From: an uncultured bacterium
Lineage (GTDB): Bacteria; UBP14; UBA6098; B30-G16
DNA: 64,000 bases
Reading direction: 5' to 3'
Assembly: GCA_965552135.1 (NCBI GenBank)
Contig: CBEVQY010000008.1
Coordinates: forward strand, 3,662-67,661
The position numbers and the translations under genes are program-made. The notes under the pieces are model-generated. The model saw nothing but the letters and a program-made list of their open reading frames with translations. It ran no database searches and was not told where the DNA came from. Each line of letters starts with the position of its first letter. Position 1 is the first letter of the stretch. This document shows positions 46,919 to 56,941 of the stretch, one piece after another.

Positions 46919-48841
46919 ATGGAGGGGCTTTTGCTTCAGACGATCTGGGTTCCTGCGGCGGCAGGGCTTTTGTGCCTTCTGCTTTTGCGCGTCAAGGAGC
47001 ACGGCGTTGAGCCCGTGTTCGACTGGATAAGAAGGCTTGTGATGCTTTTGGCAAGCGGGTATGTGCTTTGGATAAGCTTTCGCCTCTTCCTCAACCCCAG
47101 CGCGTACTACGCTTTCGGCACGGCGAGCCTCGGTCCCCTCTCGACGCGGGTGATCTTCCGGGCAACGCCCTTTGGCGCGCTTATGGCGACATTTGCCGGG
47201 CTCTTCGCCTTCCTCACCGCGATATACTCGATGCGCTACCGCGCCGGCGCAGAGCACAACAACTGGTACTACGCCCTCGCTTTATGGACCCTCGCATCCG
47301 CTAACGGGATATTCTTCTCGGGCGACCTCTTCTCGTTTACGATCCTCTGGGAGCTTTCCACGCTCTTCCTCTTCGGACTTATCGCTCTTGGCGACAACGA
47401 AAAAAGCTCGTTTGCCGCGGCGAAGACCCTCGTTGTGCTCGGTCTTGCCGAGGCTGGGATGCTTTTCGCCGTTGCGTACATCTGGGTCACGCAGGGAACG
47501 CTTGTCTTCGGCGAGATGCACCTGCCTATAACGTCGGCGACGAACGTCGTTTTGTTCCTGCTTTTCGCCGCCGCCGCCATAGCCAAAGCTGGAGCGATCC
47601 CGCTGCACTCATGGATCCCGACGGCAGCCGAGGGCGCACCGACAGTCGTTATGGCATACCTGCCCGCATCCGTCGACAAGCTTTTGGGGATATTCTTCCT
47701 CTTCATCTCGTCCTATACGATCTTCACCCTCACGCCCGGACTGCGGCTTTTGCTTATGATAATAGGCGTCGTCACCATCATCGTCGCCGTCCTTATGGCG
47801 ATGATGCAGCACGACCTCCGCAGGCTGCTTTCGTTCCACGCCATAAGCCAGGTGGGGTACATGGTTTTGGGGATAGGCACGGGCAACGCGGTGGGCATTT
47901 TGGGCGGACTGTTCCACATGGTAAACCACGCCATCTACAAAAGCTGCCTTTTCCTGTGCGCGGGCGCTGTGGAGAAACACGCCGGCACAACCGAGCTTGA
48001 GCGACTCGGGGGTCTGGGGCGGAAGATGCCCCTCCTCTTTTTCGCCAACGTCGTCGCGGCGTTCGCTATATCCGGCGTCATACCGTTTAACGGGTTTATA
48101 TCGAAGTGGCTCGTCTATCAGGGCTGCGTTTTGGCGGGGCAGCCTGTGATGTTCATCCTCGCTGTCTTCGGGAGCGGGCTTACGCTGGCAAGCTTTATTA
48201 AGGTGCTTCACTCCGTCTACATGGGTCCGCTTCCGCCGGAGCTTGAGGACGTAAAAGCCCCGGGCTTTGCCCTCACCTTCCCGCCGTTTGTCCTTGCGCT
48301 TTTGTGCATCCTCTTCGGCATCGTTCCTGGGATACCTTTGGGCAAGCTTTTGGTTCCCTCGCTTCTTGCCGCCGCACCGGACGTGATGGGCAGCCTCTCC
48401 CAAAACGCGGTCTTCGGCACGTTCTCGGTTAAGGTTGGCTCGTCCTTCTGGGGTGTTGGCTGGGCGGTGATCCTTATGTTTACGGGATTCGTGATTGGCT
48501 GGATATACTACGCCGCGGGCAGGGCTTTGAAGACAAGGCGCGACAAGGCGTTCGTTGGGGGGATCGAGCCGGGAACGCTTGCCGGATACCACGTCTTCAC
48601 CAACGAGGCTATGCGAGTTCCAGGGACCGGATTCTACAACACCCTCAAGGAGCTCCCCATACTCAAATCCCTCCTGCCCGAGGCTGTGGAGGGTGCGTTT
48701 GACCCGTACAACTACGTGAGCCGCATAGGAGAAGCGCTCTTCGTAAGACCGCTTAAGGCGCTCCACAACGGAGTCTTGTCCTCTTACCTTTCGTGGGTCG
48801 TAATAGGGATCGTGGTGGTGTTTATTGTGCTTATACGCTGA
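46919..48841 (+). CDS. Antiporter-like subunit (NuoL/MrpA-N/HyfB-like)
   Basis: WEL, KAG..PLHSWIP, LSFH.ISQVGY, HA.YKS.LFL.AG, P.NGF.SKW; long C-terminal arm. Confidence 0.9.
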   Translation: MEGLLLQTIWVPAAAGLLCLLLLRVKEHGVEPVFDWIRRLVMLLASGYVLWISFRLFLNPSAYYAFGTASLGPLSTRVIFRATPFGALMATFAGLFAFLTAIYSMRYRAGAEHNNWYYALALWTLASANGIFFSGDLFSFTILWELSTLFLFGLIALGDNEKSSFAAAKTLVVLGLAEAGMLFAVAYIWVTQGTLVFGEMHLPITSATNVVLFLLFAAAAIAKAGAIPLHSWIPTAAEGAPTVVMAYLPASVDKLLGIFFLFISSYTIFTLTPGLRLLLMIIGVVTIIVAVLMAMMQHDLRRLLSFHAISQVGYMVLGIGTGNAVGILGGLFHMVNHAIYKSCLFLCAGAVEKHAGTTELERLGGLGRKMPLLFFANVVAAFAISGVIPFNGFISKWLVYQGCVLAGQPVMFILAVFGSGLTLASFIKVLHSVYMGPLPPELEDVKAPGFALTFPPFVLALLCILFGIVPGIPLGKLLVPSLLAAAPDVMGSLSQNAVFGTFSVKVGSSFWGVGWAVILMFTGFVIGWIYYAAGRALKTRRDKAFVGGIEPGTLAGYHVFTNEAMRVPGTGFYNTLKELPILKSLLPEAVEGAFDPYNYVSRIGEALFVRPLKALHNGVLSSYLSWVVIGIVVVFIVLIR

Positions 48842-48888
48842 CTGCGAGGCTAAGTTCGGTTTCGATATAAACGAAGGGGGAATAGGAT

Positions 48889-49428
48889 ATGACGACGTTT
48901 TTCCTGCTTGTGATGGTGGGCACGCTCGTTGCAGCAGTTATAGCGATAGAGGTGAGGAACATCCTTTCGTCGGTTATAGCCGTTGGGGCAGTTGGGTTTG
49001 GGGTTAGCCTGCTTTTTCTCTACCTTCGGGCGCCCGACATAGCAATAACGCAGGTCATAGTCGAGGTCTTAAGCCTCATAATTCTCATCCGCGCTGCGAC
49101 GAAGGTCGACAACGAGGAGATAGAAAAGCGCATCGACAACTTCGCCAACATGACGGGGCTTATATTCATTGGACTTTTCGTTGCCTTTTGCGTTTGGGCT
49201 TTTGCGGATGCGATCCCGTTCGGCGAGCCCCTTATGCGCGTAAGCCAGCACTACCTTTCGGCTGGTCTTGCTGAGACGGGCGCAGCCAACATGGTCGCCG
49301 CTGTGATCCTCGACTACAGGGCGTACGACACACTCGGCGAGGCTGTGGTGATATTCACCTCGATCCTGGGCGCGTTCGTGCTCTTGCGCGAACGCGGCAA
49401 AAAGCGAAAAGCACTAAGCGACGCATAA
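48889..49428 (+). CDS. Fused MbhD/MbhE-like (MrpA C-terminal part) subunit
   Basis: APDIAITQ..VE; ANMV.AVILDYRAYDTLGE. Confidence 0.85.
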   Translation: MTTFFLLVMVGTLVAAVIAIEVRNILSSVIAVGAVGFGVSLLFLYLRAPDIAITQVIVEVLSLIILIRAATKVDNEEIEKRIDNFANMTGLIFIGLFVAFCVWAFADAIPFGEPLMRVSQHYLSAGLAETGAANMVAAVILDYRAYDTLGEAVVIFTSILGAFVLLRERGKKRKALSDA

Positions 49429-49453
49429 AGCCGACGACTAAGGAGGTTTTGTA

Positions 49454-49933
49454 ATGAAGCAAAACGAGCTTGAGGAAATCGTCCACAACAGAGATGTGGG
49501 CTTGTCCCTTGTCGTGAAGACGGTCGCCAGGATGATGGTGGCTTTGATACTGCTTTTCGGCTTCTACATCGTCCTCTACGGGCACCTTACCCCTGGCGGA
49601 GGGTTCGCCGGAGGCGTGATCCTCGCCATAGGATACGCCCTTATGACCATATCCCTCAGTCGGCACGTTGCGCTCAAAAAGCTCAGCACCTTTTGGGCAT
49701 CGATCTTCGACAACCTCGGCATGCTCGCTTTCATCGTCATCGGCTACATCGGGCTTGCGTTCGGATACTTCCTCTACAACTTCATCTGGCACGGCAACCC
49801 GTTCCATCTCGTCTCGGCGGGCATCATACCGCTTTGCAACATAGCCATAGGCGTCAAGGTCGGGGCGTGCCTGTACGCCGTGTTTATCGGGCTTTCCGTT
49901 TACGGAAGACTTGCCGTAGAAAAGGAGGACTGA
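49454..49933 (+). CDS. mrpB: MrpB/MbhF-like subunit
   Basis: GHLTPGGGFAGG. Confidence 0.88.
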   Translation: MKQNELEEIVHNRDVGLSLVVKTVARMMVALILLFGFYIVLYGHLTPGGGFAGGVILAIGYALMTISLSRHVALKKLSTFWASIFDNLGMLAFIVIGYIGLAFGYFLYNFIWHGNPFHLVSAGIIPLCNIAIGVKVGACLYAVFIGLSVYGRLAVEKED

Positions 49934-49934
49934 T

Positions 49935-50285
49935 ATGACGCTATACATTTTGGATATGGTTCTTTTTGCGCTTGGCGTTTACTGCCTTATCGCCAAGAGG
50001 CACATAATAAAAAAGATCGTCGGGATGGCGATAATCGAGTATGCGGTGAACCTTTTCCTCATTCTTCTCGGCTACCGTCACGACGGGATAGCGCCGATAC
50101 TTCTGCCTGGGATGAACCGGGCGGGCTTTTCGCTTAGGGCGGTTGATCCTCTTCCGCAGGCGCTTGTGCTCACAAGCATCGTCATCGGTCTTGGAACGCT
50201 TGCGCTTATGGCGGCGTTCGCAATAAAGCTTTACGAAAAGTACAGAACCTTCGATATGAGCGAGATAAGAAGGCTTCGAGGTTAG
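49935..50285 (+). CDS. mrpC: MrpC/MbhG-like subunit
   Basis: DPLPQALVLTSIVIG. Confidence 0.92.
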   Translation: MTLYILDMVLFALGVYCLIAKRHIIKKIVGMAIIEYAVNLFLILLGYRHDGIAPILLPGMNRAGFSLRAVDPLPQALVLTSIVIGLGTLALMAAFAIKLYEKYRTFDMSEIRRLRG

Positions 50286-50306
50286 AGGATAAAGAAGGAG
50301 AGGGCT

Positions 50307-51785
50307 ATGGCAAGCTCGATCTTACCGCTTTCGGTTGCGTTGCCGCTTCTGGCGGCGGTGTTGATATTGATATTCACCAAGTTCGTTAAGTGGCTGGGGC
50401 AGTTTTTCGCCGTTGCGTGTACTGTGCTCACGCTCGCTTTCGCGATAATCCTGCTCGATGCCCCCGCAGGGACGTACTGGATGGGCGGTTGGGCTCCGCC
50501 TTTTGGCATCGTGCTTGTGCTCGATTCGCTGTCGAAGCTCCTGCTCCTTACCGTAAATGCCATAGCGTTTTTTGCCGTGGTGTATGCGGTGTCGTATATG
50601 ACGCAGTACACCTCCGAGGGGAAGTTCTACGCCCTTTTTATGCTCATGCTTGCCGGGATGAACGGTGTGGTTCTTACGGGCGACCTTTTTAACCTGTTTG
50701 TGTTTTTAGAGGTAGCTTCTCTTGCCAGCTATGCCCTCGTTGGGTTTGGCGTTGAGCACGAGGAGCTTGAGGCGGGGTTTAAGTATTTGATACTCGGTTC
50801 CCTTGCCTCGACCGCGATACTCTTCGGGATCGCCTTCATCTACAACCTCACCGGCACGGTGAACATGGCGGACGCGGCTCGGTTCATATCCCACCTTGAG
50901 GGGAACAGGGTGCTTCTTTTCGCCGCGGGGCTTTTTATCTTCGGCTTCGGGCTTAAGGCGGGGCTTGTTCCGTTCCACGCCTGGCTCCCCGATGCTCACC
51001 CTTCCGCGCCGGCGCCAATATCGGCGATGCTCTCTGGAGTGCTTATAAAGGCTTTGGGCGTTTATTCGCTAACGCGCGTGGTCTACACCGTCCTTGGTGC
51101 GCCGCAGGATGTGCTTGCCGTAATACTTTGGCTCGGCGTGCTTACGGCGTTCGTCGGTGGGATCATGAGCCTCGGTCAGCGCGATCTCAAACGGATGCTC
51201 GCGTTCTCGTCGGTAAGTCAGGTTGGCTATATGGCTATGGGTCTTGGGGTTGGCACTCCGCTTGGGATCGCGGCTGCACTCTTCCATCTGTTCAACCACG
51301 CTATATTCAAAGGGCTTTTGTTCCTAAGCGCCGGCTCGATTGAGCACGCCACAGGCACGCGAGACCTGCGCCAGATGGGCGGCCTTATGAAAAAGCTCCC
51401 CGTAACGAGCATCTCCACGCTCACAGGAAGCCTCTCTATCGCGGGTATACCGCCCTTCAACGGATTCTGGAGCAAGCTTTTGGTCATAATCGCCCTCATT
51501 CAGGCGAAAGCTTACGTTGCGGCGGCTGTGGCGATTGTGGTTTCGTTTATCACGCTTGCCTACTACGCGATCCTTATGAGGTCGACGCTGTTTGGTCCCC
51601 TGCCGAGCCTGTATCAAAAGCTTAAGGAGGCTTCGTTCTCGATGCTTTTCTCCCTCGTTTCCCTTGCGGCGGCGTGCCTTCTGGTCGGGCTTTTCTACAA
51701 CGTCTTTATGAATGCACTGTTCAACCCGGCGGCAGCCGCTGTGCTCGATCAGGCAGGGTACATATCGATGATAATAGGAGGTTGA
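50307..51785 (+). CDS. mrpD: MrpD/MbhH-like antiporter subunit
   Basis: GGWAPPFGI, TGDLFNLFVFLE, WLPDAH, PPFNGFWSK. Confidence 0.93.
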   Translation: MASSILPLSVALPLLAAVLILIFTKFVKWLGQFFAVACTVLTLAFAIILLDAPAGTYWMGGWAPPFGIVLVLDSLSKLLLLTVNAIAFFAVVYAVSYMTQYTSEGKFYALFMLMLAGMNGVVLTGDLFNLFVFLEVASLASYALVGFGVEHEELEAGFKYLILGSLASTAILFGIAFIYNLTGTVNMADAARFISHLEGNRVLLFAAGLFIFGFGLKAGLVPFHAWLPDAHPSAPAPISAMLSGVLIKALGVYSLTRVVYTVLGAPQDVLAVILWLGVLTAFVGGIMSLGQRDLKRMLAFSSVSQVGYMAMGLGVGTPLGIAAALFHLFNHAIFKGLLFLSAGSIEHATGTRDLRQMGGLMKKLPVTSISTLTGSLSIAGIPPFNGFWSKLLVIIALIQAKAYVAAAVAIVVSFITLAYYAILMRSTLFGPLPSLYQKLKEASFSMLFSLVSLAAACLLVGLFYNVFMNALFNPAAAAVLDQAGYISMIIGG

Positions 51786-51788
51786 TAT

Positions 51789-52271
51789 ATGAGGTTCATC
51801 GGAGCTTTTATAGTGCTTTTTGGCGTTTGGCTTTTGCTCACCTGGAGTCTTTCGCCGGCGCAGGTTGTGGCCGGCGTGGTGGTAACGCTTGTGGTCATCG
51901 GTCTTGCGGGGGATCTCTTCATCTGCAAGGCAAGGGCGTTCAACCCGGTTAGGATCTTTTGGTTTATCGTTTACATCCCGTATCTTTTGTGGTACATAAT
52001 TCTCGCCAACCTCGACGTCGCGTACCGCGTTATAGATCCGCGCCTGCCGATACGACCCGGCATCGTCAAGATAAAGACGAGCCTTAAGTCGGATATGGCC
52101 AAAACCTTTCTGGCGAACTCGATAACCTTAACGCCGGGCACGATGACCGTCGATGTGAAGGGCGACGAACTTTACATACATTGGATATACGTGAGGGGCG
52201 ACGACATTGAGGAGTGGACGAAGGCTATAGCCGGCAGGTTTGAACCGATCTTAAGGAGGATATTCGAATGA
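51789..52271 (+). CDS. mrpE: MrpE/MbhA-like subunit
   Basis: PGIV, LANSITLTPGT, LYIHW. Confidence 0.93.
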   Translation: MRFIGAFIVLFGVWLLLTWSLSPAQVVAGVVVTLVVIGLAGDLFICKARAFNPVRIFWFIVYIPYLLWYIILANLDVAYRVIDPRLPIRPGIVKIKTSLKSDMAKTFLANSITLTPGTMTVDVKGDELYIHWIYVRGDDIEEWTKAIAGRFEPILRRIFE

Positions 52272-52525
52272 TTACGGTGCTTTTGTATATCCTTCTTTTG
52301 TCGGCGGCGCTTTGTCTTTACCGCATCGGCATGGGACCAACGCCGTCCGACCGCGCCGTCGCCATCGACATCCTCGGCATACTCATCGTGGGCTTCTGCG
52401 CGCTTATGGCTCTGGCAACGCAAAAGGACTTCTACATAAACATCGCGATCTCGTGGGCGCTTCTGGCATACGTCGGCTCGCTGGCTCTGGCAAAGTTCCT
52501 GGAAGGCAAAGGATTCGACGAATAA
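52268..52525 (+). CDS. mrpF: MrpF/MbhB-like subunit
   Basis: GPT..DRAVA.D, LALAKFL. Confidence 0.9.
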   Translation: MITVLLYILLLSAALCLYRIGMGPTPSDRAVAIDILGILIVGFCALMALATQKDFYINIAISWALLAYVGSLALAKFLEGKGFDE

Positions 52526-52552
52526 AGGAGAAAAATGCGGGAGGTTTAGGAT

Positions 52553-52888
52553 ATGTTCTGGGATACCTTGGGCTACGTGCTTATAGTTGTTGGCGTTGTG
52601 TTTGATCTTTTGGGTTGCGTTGGCTTGGTGCGTTTGCCCGATGTTTACAACAGGCTTCAGGCTGCCACAAAGTGCGTCACTTTGGGGACGGCGTTTTTGC
52701 TTTTGGGTGCGTTTTTCATCTTCGGCTTCAACGCCGCGGGGATCAAGGCTCTTTTGTGCGCCGCTTTCGTTTTGATCTCTTCGCCCACGGGGGCGCACGC
52801 TCTCGCACGTGGCTCCCACCGCGGCGGATTCAAGCTTTGGGAGGGTTCGGTCGTCGATAAATACGCCGAGGACGGTCAGGCGCGATAA
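52553..52888 (+). CDS. mrpG: MrpG/MbhC-like subunit
   Basis: GL.RLPDVYNRL.AATK..TLG, P..AHALAR. Confidence 0.93.
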   Translation: MFWDTLGYVLIVVGVVFDLLGCVGLVRLPDVYNRLQAATKCVTLGTAFLLLGAFFIFGFNAAGIKALLCAAFVLISSPTGAHALARGSHRGGFKLWEGSVVDKYAEDGQAR

Positions 52889-52908
52889 AAACACAGGAGG
52901 CCATAGAG

Positions 52909-53550
52909 GTGAGAAAGCCCAAGCTGCGCGAACTTGGCGAGGCGCTCAAGGCGGTCTTCAGGGGACCTTATACCACGAAGTTCCCCAAAAAGCCGCCTGT
53001 GATATTCCCCGAGTTCCGTGGGAAGCCCGTTTTCGTTGAGGAGAACTGCATTCTCTGCGGCGCCTGCCAGCAGATCTGCCCTGTGGATGCCATCGAGTGC
53101 CGCGACATAGTCGACGAGAAGGGCGCAAGGCGCGTTATGTTCAGGGATTATGCACGCTGTATATGGTGTTCGATGTGCGCTCAACACTGCACCGTGGGCG
53201 ACGGGGACATCTTCGGCGGCACAGGCGGAATAAGGATAACCAGCGAGTACGATCTCTCCACGCTCGACCTTTCGACCGCACAGGAGCAGATAGAGGGTGA
53301 GCTTGTTCTGTGTGAGCGGTGCGGCGCGCCTATAACGTCCAAAAAGCACCTGCTTTGGCTCGCAGAGCGCCTCGGAACCAAAGCCTACCACAACCAAACG
53401 ATATTCGTGACCAAGATGAGGGAGCTTGGTCTCGTCGACGAGGAGGCTCCTGCGCCGCAGACGGACGAGATCCTGCGCGAAGACCTGAACAAGGTCCTCT
53501 GCCCAAAGTGCCGCAGGTCGGCGATGATGAGGGAGGACTGGGGCTTTTAG
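52909..53550 (+). CDS. NuoI/MbhN-like 2x[4Fe-4S] subunit with Cys-rich C-terminal extension
   Basis: T.KFP...FRGKP, CILCGACQQICP, CIWCSMCAQHC; extra CERC and CPKC. Confidence 0.88.
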   Translation: MRKPKLRELGEALKAVFRGPYTTKFPKKPPVIFPEFRGKPVFVEENCILCGACQQICPVDAIECRDIVDEKGARRVMFRDYARCIWCSMCAQHCTVGDGDIFGGTGGIRITSEYDLSTLDLSTAQEQIEGELVLCERCGAPITSKKHLLWLAERLGTKAYHNQTIFVTKMRELGLVDEEAPAPQTDEILREDLNKVLCPKCRRSAMMREDWGF

Positions 53551-53710
53551 CTCCTCTGACGCATCGTCTCGATGAATTGTGTTCCCTTCGGGAGCGCTTT
53601 CGGGGTTGGAGGTTTCCCAAGCGTTTTGGGGCTTTCCCTGAAGGTGGGGCGGTCGCAACTGTGGGTTCCTTGTCCTGAAGGAGCGCTTGCCGCGCACTAA
53701 CCGAAATCTC

Positions 53711-53739
53711 TTGAAGGTTTCGCTGGGTTTTGGTATCTT
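53711..53739 (+). promoter_or_regulatory. Putative sigma70 promoter
   Basis: TTGAAG-17 nt-TATCTT. Confidence 0.45.
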
Positions 53740-53749
53740 TCGGAATGCT

Positions 53750-54196
53750 ATGTGGCGTGTTTTGCTGGCAGCGCTTTTGGCGTTGGGGCTTTTTGTGTGC
53801 GGCTGCGACCACGGTCTTATGCCGCCGCCTGTGCTCACGGGCGAGGTCCAGTTCATCGGGCAGATGCCCGAGAACGTGGTGTACTGTTACGTCGTCGTCG
53901 CCATCGACCGTCCCCCCGGCGATGCCCTCGACCCGACCTACCTCGCGAACTACGCCGAAATCCCGTTGCCCCTGCCGCCCGACACGACGGTGAACTTCAG
54001 GATCCCACTCTCGCCGGGAACGTACAACTGGGTCTTCGTGGCTGCCATAGGCAACGTCGACTCGCTGGGTATGTGGAACGTCGTTGGGCAGTACACCGAA
54101 GAGGGCGACACCATCCCCAAGCCCATAACCCTCGACTGGAACGACAGCCTCTGGATAAGGATCGTTGCCGACCTCAGGGGCGTGCACATACCTTAG
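53750..54196 (+). CDS. Hypothetical lipoprotein
   Basis: MWRVLLAALLALGLFVCG-C-DHGL lipobox; host-like codon usage. Confidence 0.7.
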   Translation: MWRVLLAALLALGLFVCGCDHGLMPPPVLTGEVQFIGQMPENVVYCYVVVAIDRPPGDALDPTYLANYAEIPLPLPPDTTVNFRIPLSPGTYNWVFVAAIGNVDSLGMWNVVGQYTEEGDTIPKPITLDWNDSLWIRIVADLRGVHIP

Positions 54197-55317
54197 GCGC
54201 CGAAGAGTTTTATGAATATCTCCGCCGCCCTGCGTGCTGCCCCGCCTTCGCCGAGCTTGCGCGATGCACCCGCAAGCTTTTGCCTGATCTCCTTCCGCCT
54301 GCGGTCGTCGAAGGCGATCCGGCCGAGGGTCGACGCCACGCGACGAACGTCGATCCTCTGGATGAACTCGGGGTATACCTCCTCGCCCGCGACGAGGTTC
54401 GCGAGTGCGATGAAGGGCGTTTTAATAAACCTCTTGCCGAGGAGCCACGATATCGGGTCGACGCGGTATACGACGACGGCGGGCATCCCGAGTATAAGCG
54501 CCTCAAGCGTTGCGCTGCCTGAGGCTACTATGCCGCCTCTGGCGTATGCCATCGTGCTGTACGTCAGCCCCGAGGCCACGAGGACCCTCTCCCCGCCGGC
54601 TATCTGTCTCACCACGTCTTCGACGCCCGGTGCGGCAGCGATCACCGCACCCAGCGCGGGCATGTCCTGCCGCAGAATCCGCAGCGCCGAAAGCATGGGC
54701 GGAAGGAGCCTCTCCACCTCCTTCCTGCGCGACCCCGGCAGAAGAGCTATAAATTCGCCGGATATACCCAGCGATTCGCGAAACTCGCGCTCACCCATCT
54801 CGGGCGCCACAACGTCTATGAAGGGATGACCGACGTAGTCGACTTCGACGCCGTGGGATTTGTAGAAGTCCCTCTCGAAGGGCAGGATGCACACCATTCT
54901 GTCGACGAAGCGGGATATCTTTTTGATCCTCCCTCGTCCCCACGCCCAGACCTGCGGGGAGATGTAGTATCCCACCGCGACGCCGGCTTTCTTCAGGTGC
55001 GGTGCTATTGAGAGGTTGAAGCCCGGGTAGTCGACGAGTATAGCCGCGCGGGTTTTTCTGCTTCGGACAAGCCCGAGGACCCGCCTTTTCAGGCGCGCGA
55101 GCTTTGGTATGTGCGAGACAACGTCCAGAAGCCCCATAACGGCGGTCTGGGATATGTCGGCTATGGTTTCCACGCCCGCGCGTCTCATCCTTGGTCCGCC
55201 GATTCCCCAGAAGCGCGCATTCGGCGCCAAGCGCAAAAACTCATCGATCAGGAGGGATGCGTGCAGGTCGCCCGACGTCTCTCCCGCAACTATCAGGATG
55301 TCGAGCTCGCCCGTCAT
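54193..55317 (-). CDS. lpxB: Lipid-A-disaccharide synthase
   Basis: AGE.SGD, DYPGFN, SPQVWAW, LPFE, VGHP, LPGSR, SG.ATLE. Confidence 0.97.
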   Translation of the reverse strand: MTGELDILIVAGETSGDLHASLLIDEFLRLAPNARFWGIGGPRMRRAGVETIADISQTAVMGLLDVVSHIPKLARLKRRVLGLVRSRKTRAAILVDYPGFNLSIAPHLKKAGVAVGYYISPQVWAWGRGRIKKISRFVDRMVCILPFERDFYKSHGVEVDYVGHPFIDVVAPEMGEREFRESLGISGEFIALLPGSRRKEVERLLPPMLSALRILRQDMPALGAVIAAAPGVEDVVRQIAGGERVLVASGLTYSTMAYARGGIVASGSATLEALILGMPAVVVYRVDPISWLLGKRFIKTPFIALANLVAGEEVYPEFIQRIDVRRVASTLGRIAFDDRRRKEIRQKLAGASRKLGEGGAARRAAEIFIKLFGA

Positions 55318-55321
55318 TCGG

Positions 55322-56833
55322 CTACCACACGATCTCGGTTTCCCATCCGCCCCGTACGGAGACGGTGTCGCCGTAGAACATAAGCGTTTCCGGCGGCTTG
55401 TATGGTGAGAGTTTTCCGCGCGTCCAATCGCCGTCGCCGTCGGCGTCGCAGATGCACCAGATCGTGTAGCGTCCGCCGGGCAGTTCGGCGCAGAAACCCT
55501 CCTCCGTCGCTCGCAGCGCGAAGCGGTGTCTTCCGTTCCAGGCGAAGAGCGAGGCGCCCTCGCAGCCTATGCCCGTTGCGTGGACGCACAGCTTGCCGAG
55601 CCGCTCGCGGGAGACGACGACGCTTATCGTCTCCGCCGCGCAGTTGCCGAAAGAATCGCACAGGGAATCGACGACGATGGCAAGCCTTTCCCCCTTTGGC
55701 GGGGGCTTTTGGAACGAGAGTTTTCGTCTGTTTGGTGCTGGCGCCTCGACGGCGACGGCGAGGGTCGTTCCCAGAGCCTTGACCCTGAACCTCGCCGAGA
55801 ACGGCTCGTCCGCCACGACGTCGATGGCTTCGCCCGGACGCACAGTCGCAAGCTTTTGCGGGAGGAGGATCTTTGGCGGTGTTGAGTCTTCTGCGGCTGG
55901 TTTCGGCAGCGCGACGACGACGTTTGCGCAGTTTTCGGCGCGGTCGCAGAGGCGCACCGTAAGGCTTCCGCGCGGTGCGGAGAGGCGGACGAAAAACGCC
56001 GTGGAGTCCCTCGGGTCGAGCCAGATCGACTGCACCGCGCCCTCGGGCGACACAACCGCGGGTTCCGCAACCACCTCCGACAGGTGCAGCATAAACGTCC
56101 TGTGGTCCCTTGCGGTGACCGATACGACCCGCGGCGGTATGGTGTCGTTCGGCGCAAGCACGAGGACGACTTCCTCTGCGGGTGCAGATACGGCAGCGGG
56201 CGACAGTGCGAGCATTTCCGCTGCGCGCGGCTCGAACTTTGCGCCGGTACCCGTTTCGGCAAGAAGCCAAAATCGCTCAGCCGGGAGGAAGCCGAAGCTG
56301 AAGCGTCCGTCGGCGCCGGAGAACGTCTTCCTCAGCGGCGGCTGGGTGTACGTGGAATCTGCGAGGAGCGCTACAAGCGCGCCGCGCACGGGCGAAAGGT
56401 CCTCGGCGGAGACCACGAGCCCCGCTATGCTCAGCGAGTCGATCTTGGGACCCGTTGAGAATGCGAGCTCGAGCGTTCGACCGAGGCTGTTTCCGTGTCG
56501 GTCGGAGAACGACGGCGCGAGTACGAGGACGTACGTCGTTTGCGCCGCAAGCGGTGGGGTGTATTTGACCTCGATGCGCCTTTTGCCGAAGTCGACGAAG
56601 GAGTTGGTCGGCTTGGGGTAGATCGTAACCGCCGCCGGGTTGTCGTCCACGGGCTCGTCGAACTCGACGACGATGGGCGTGTTTTGTGGGACGTTTGTTG
56701 CGCCATCGCCGGGTATGAAGCGTATGGGTTTTGGCGGCGTCACGTCCTTTGGTCCGCCCGGCGGCGGCAGCCTTTTCGCGCAGCCCGAAAATAAAAAAAG
56801 CGCGCAAAACGCTGTGACCCCAAACCTCCACAC
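55322..56833 (-). CDS. Ig-like (Big_5) domain lipoprotein
   Basis: FSG-CA...P.GGPKD..PP, FDE.V, FSTG..IDS, D.DGDG.W. Confidence 0.85.
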   Translation of the reverse strand: MWRFGVTAFCALFLFSGCAKRLPPPGGPKDVTPPKPIRFIPGDGATNVPQNTPIVVEFDEPVDDNPAAVTIYPKPTNSFVDFGKRRIEVKYTPPLAAQTTYVLVLAPSFSDRHGNSLGRTLELAFSTGPKIDSLSIAGLVVSAEDLSPVRGALVALLADSTYTQPPLRKTFSGADGRFSFGFLPAERFWLLAETGTGAKFEPRAAEMLALSPAAVSAPAEEVVLVLAPNDTIPPRVVSVTARDHRTFMLHLSEVVAEPAVVSPEGAVQSIWLDPRDSTAFFVRLSAPRGSLTVRLCDRAENCANVVVALPKPAAEDSTPPKILLPQKLATVRPGEAIDVVADEPFSARFRVKALGTTLAVAVEAPAPNRRKLSFQKPPPKGERLAIVVDSLCDSFGNCAAETISVVVSRERLGKLCVHATGIGCEGASLFAWNGRHRFALRATEEGFCAELPGGRYTIWCICDADGDGDWTRGKLSPYKPPETLMFYGDTVSVRGGWETEIVW

Positions 56834-56941
56834 ACAAAAGAATATGCGCGCTTCACAGATACAGTCAAGAAATCATATGTGCTCAGGAGGTCATATGCGC
56901 TGCCTTTGGCTCCCTTCGACGACGCCGTCTGAAGCGCTTGC

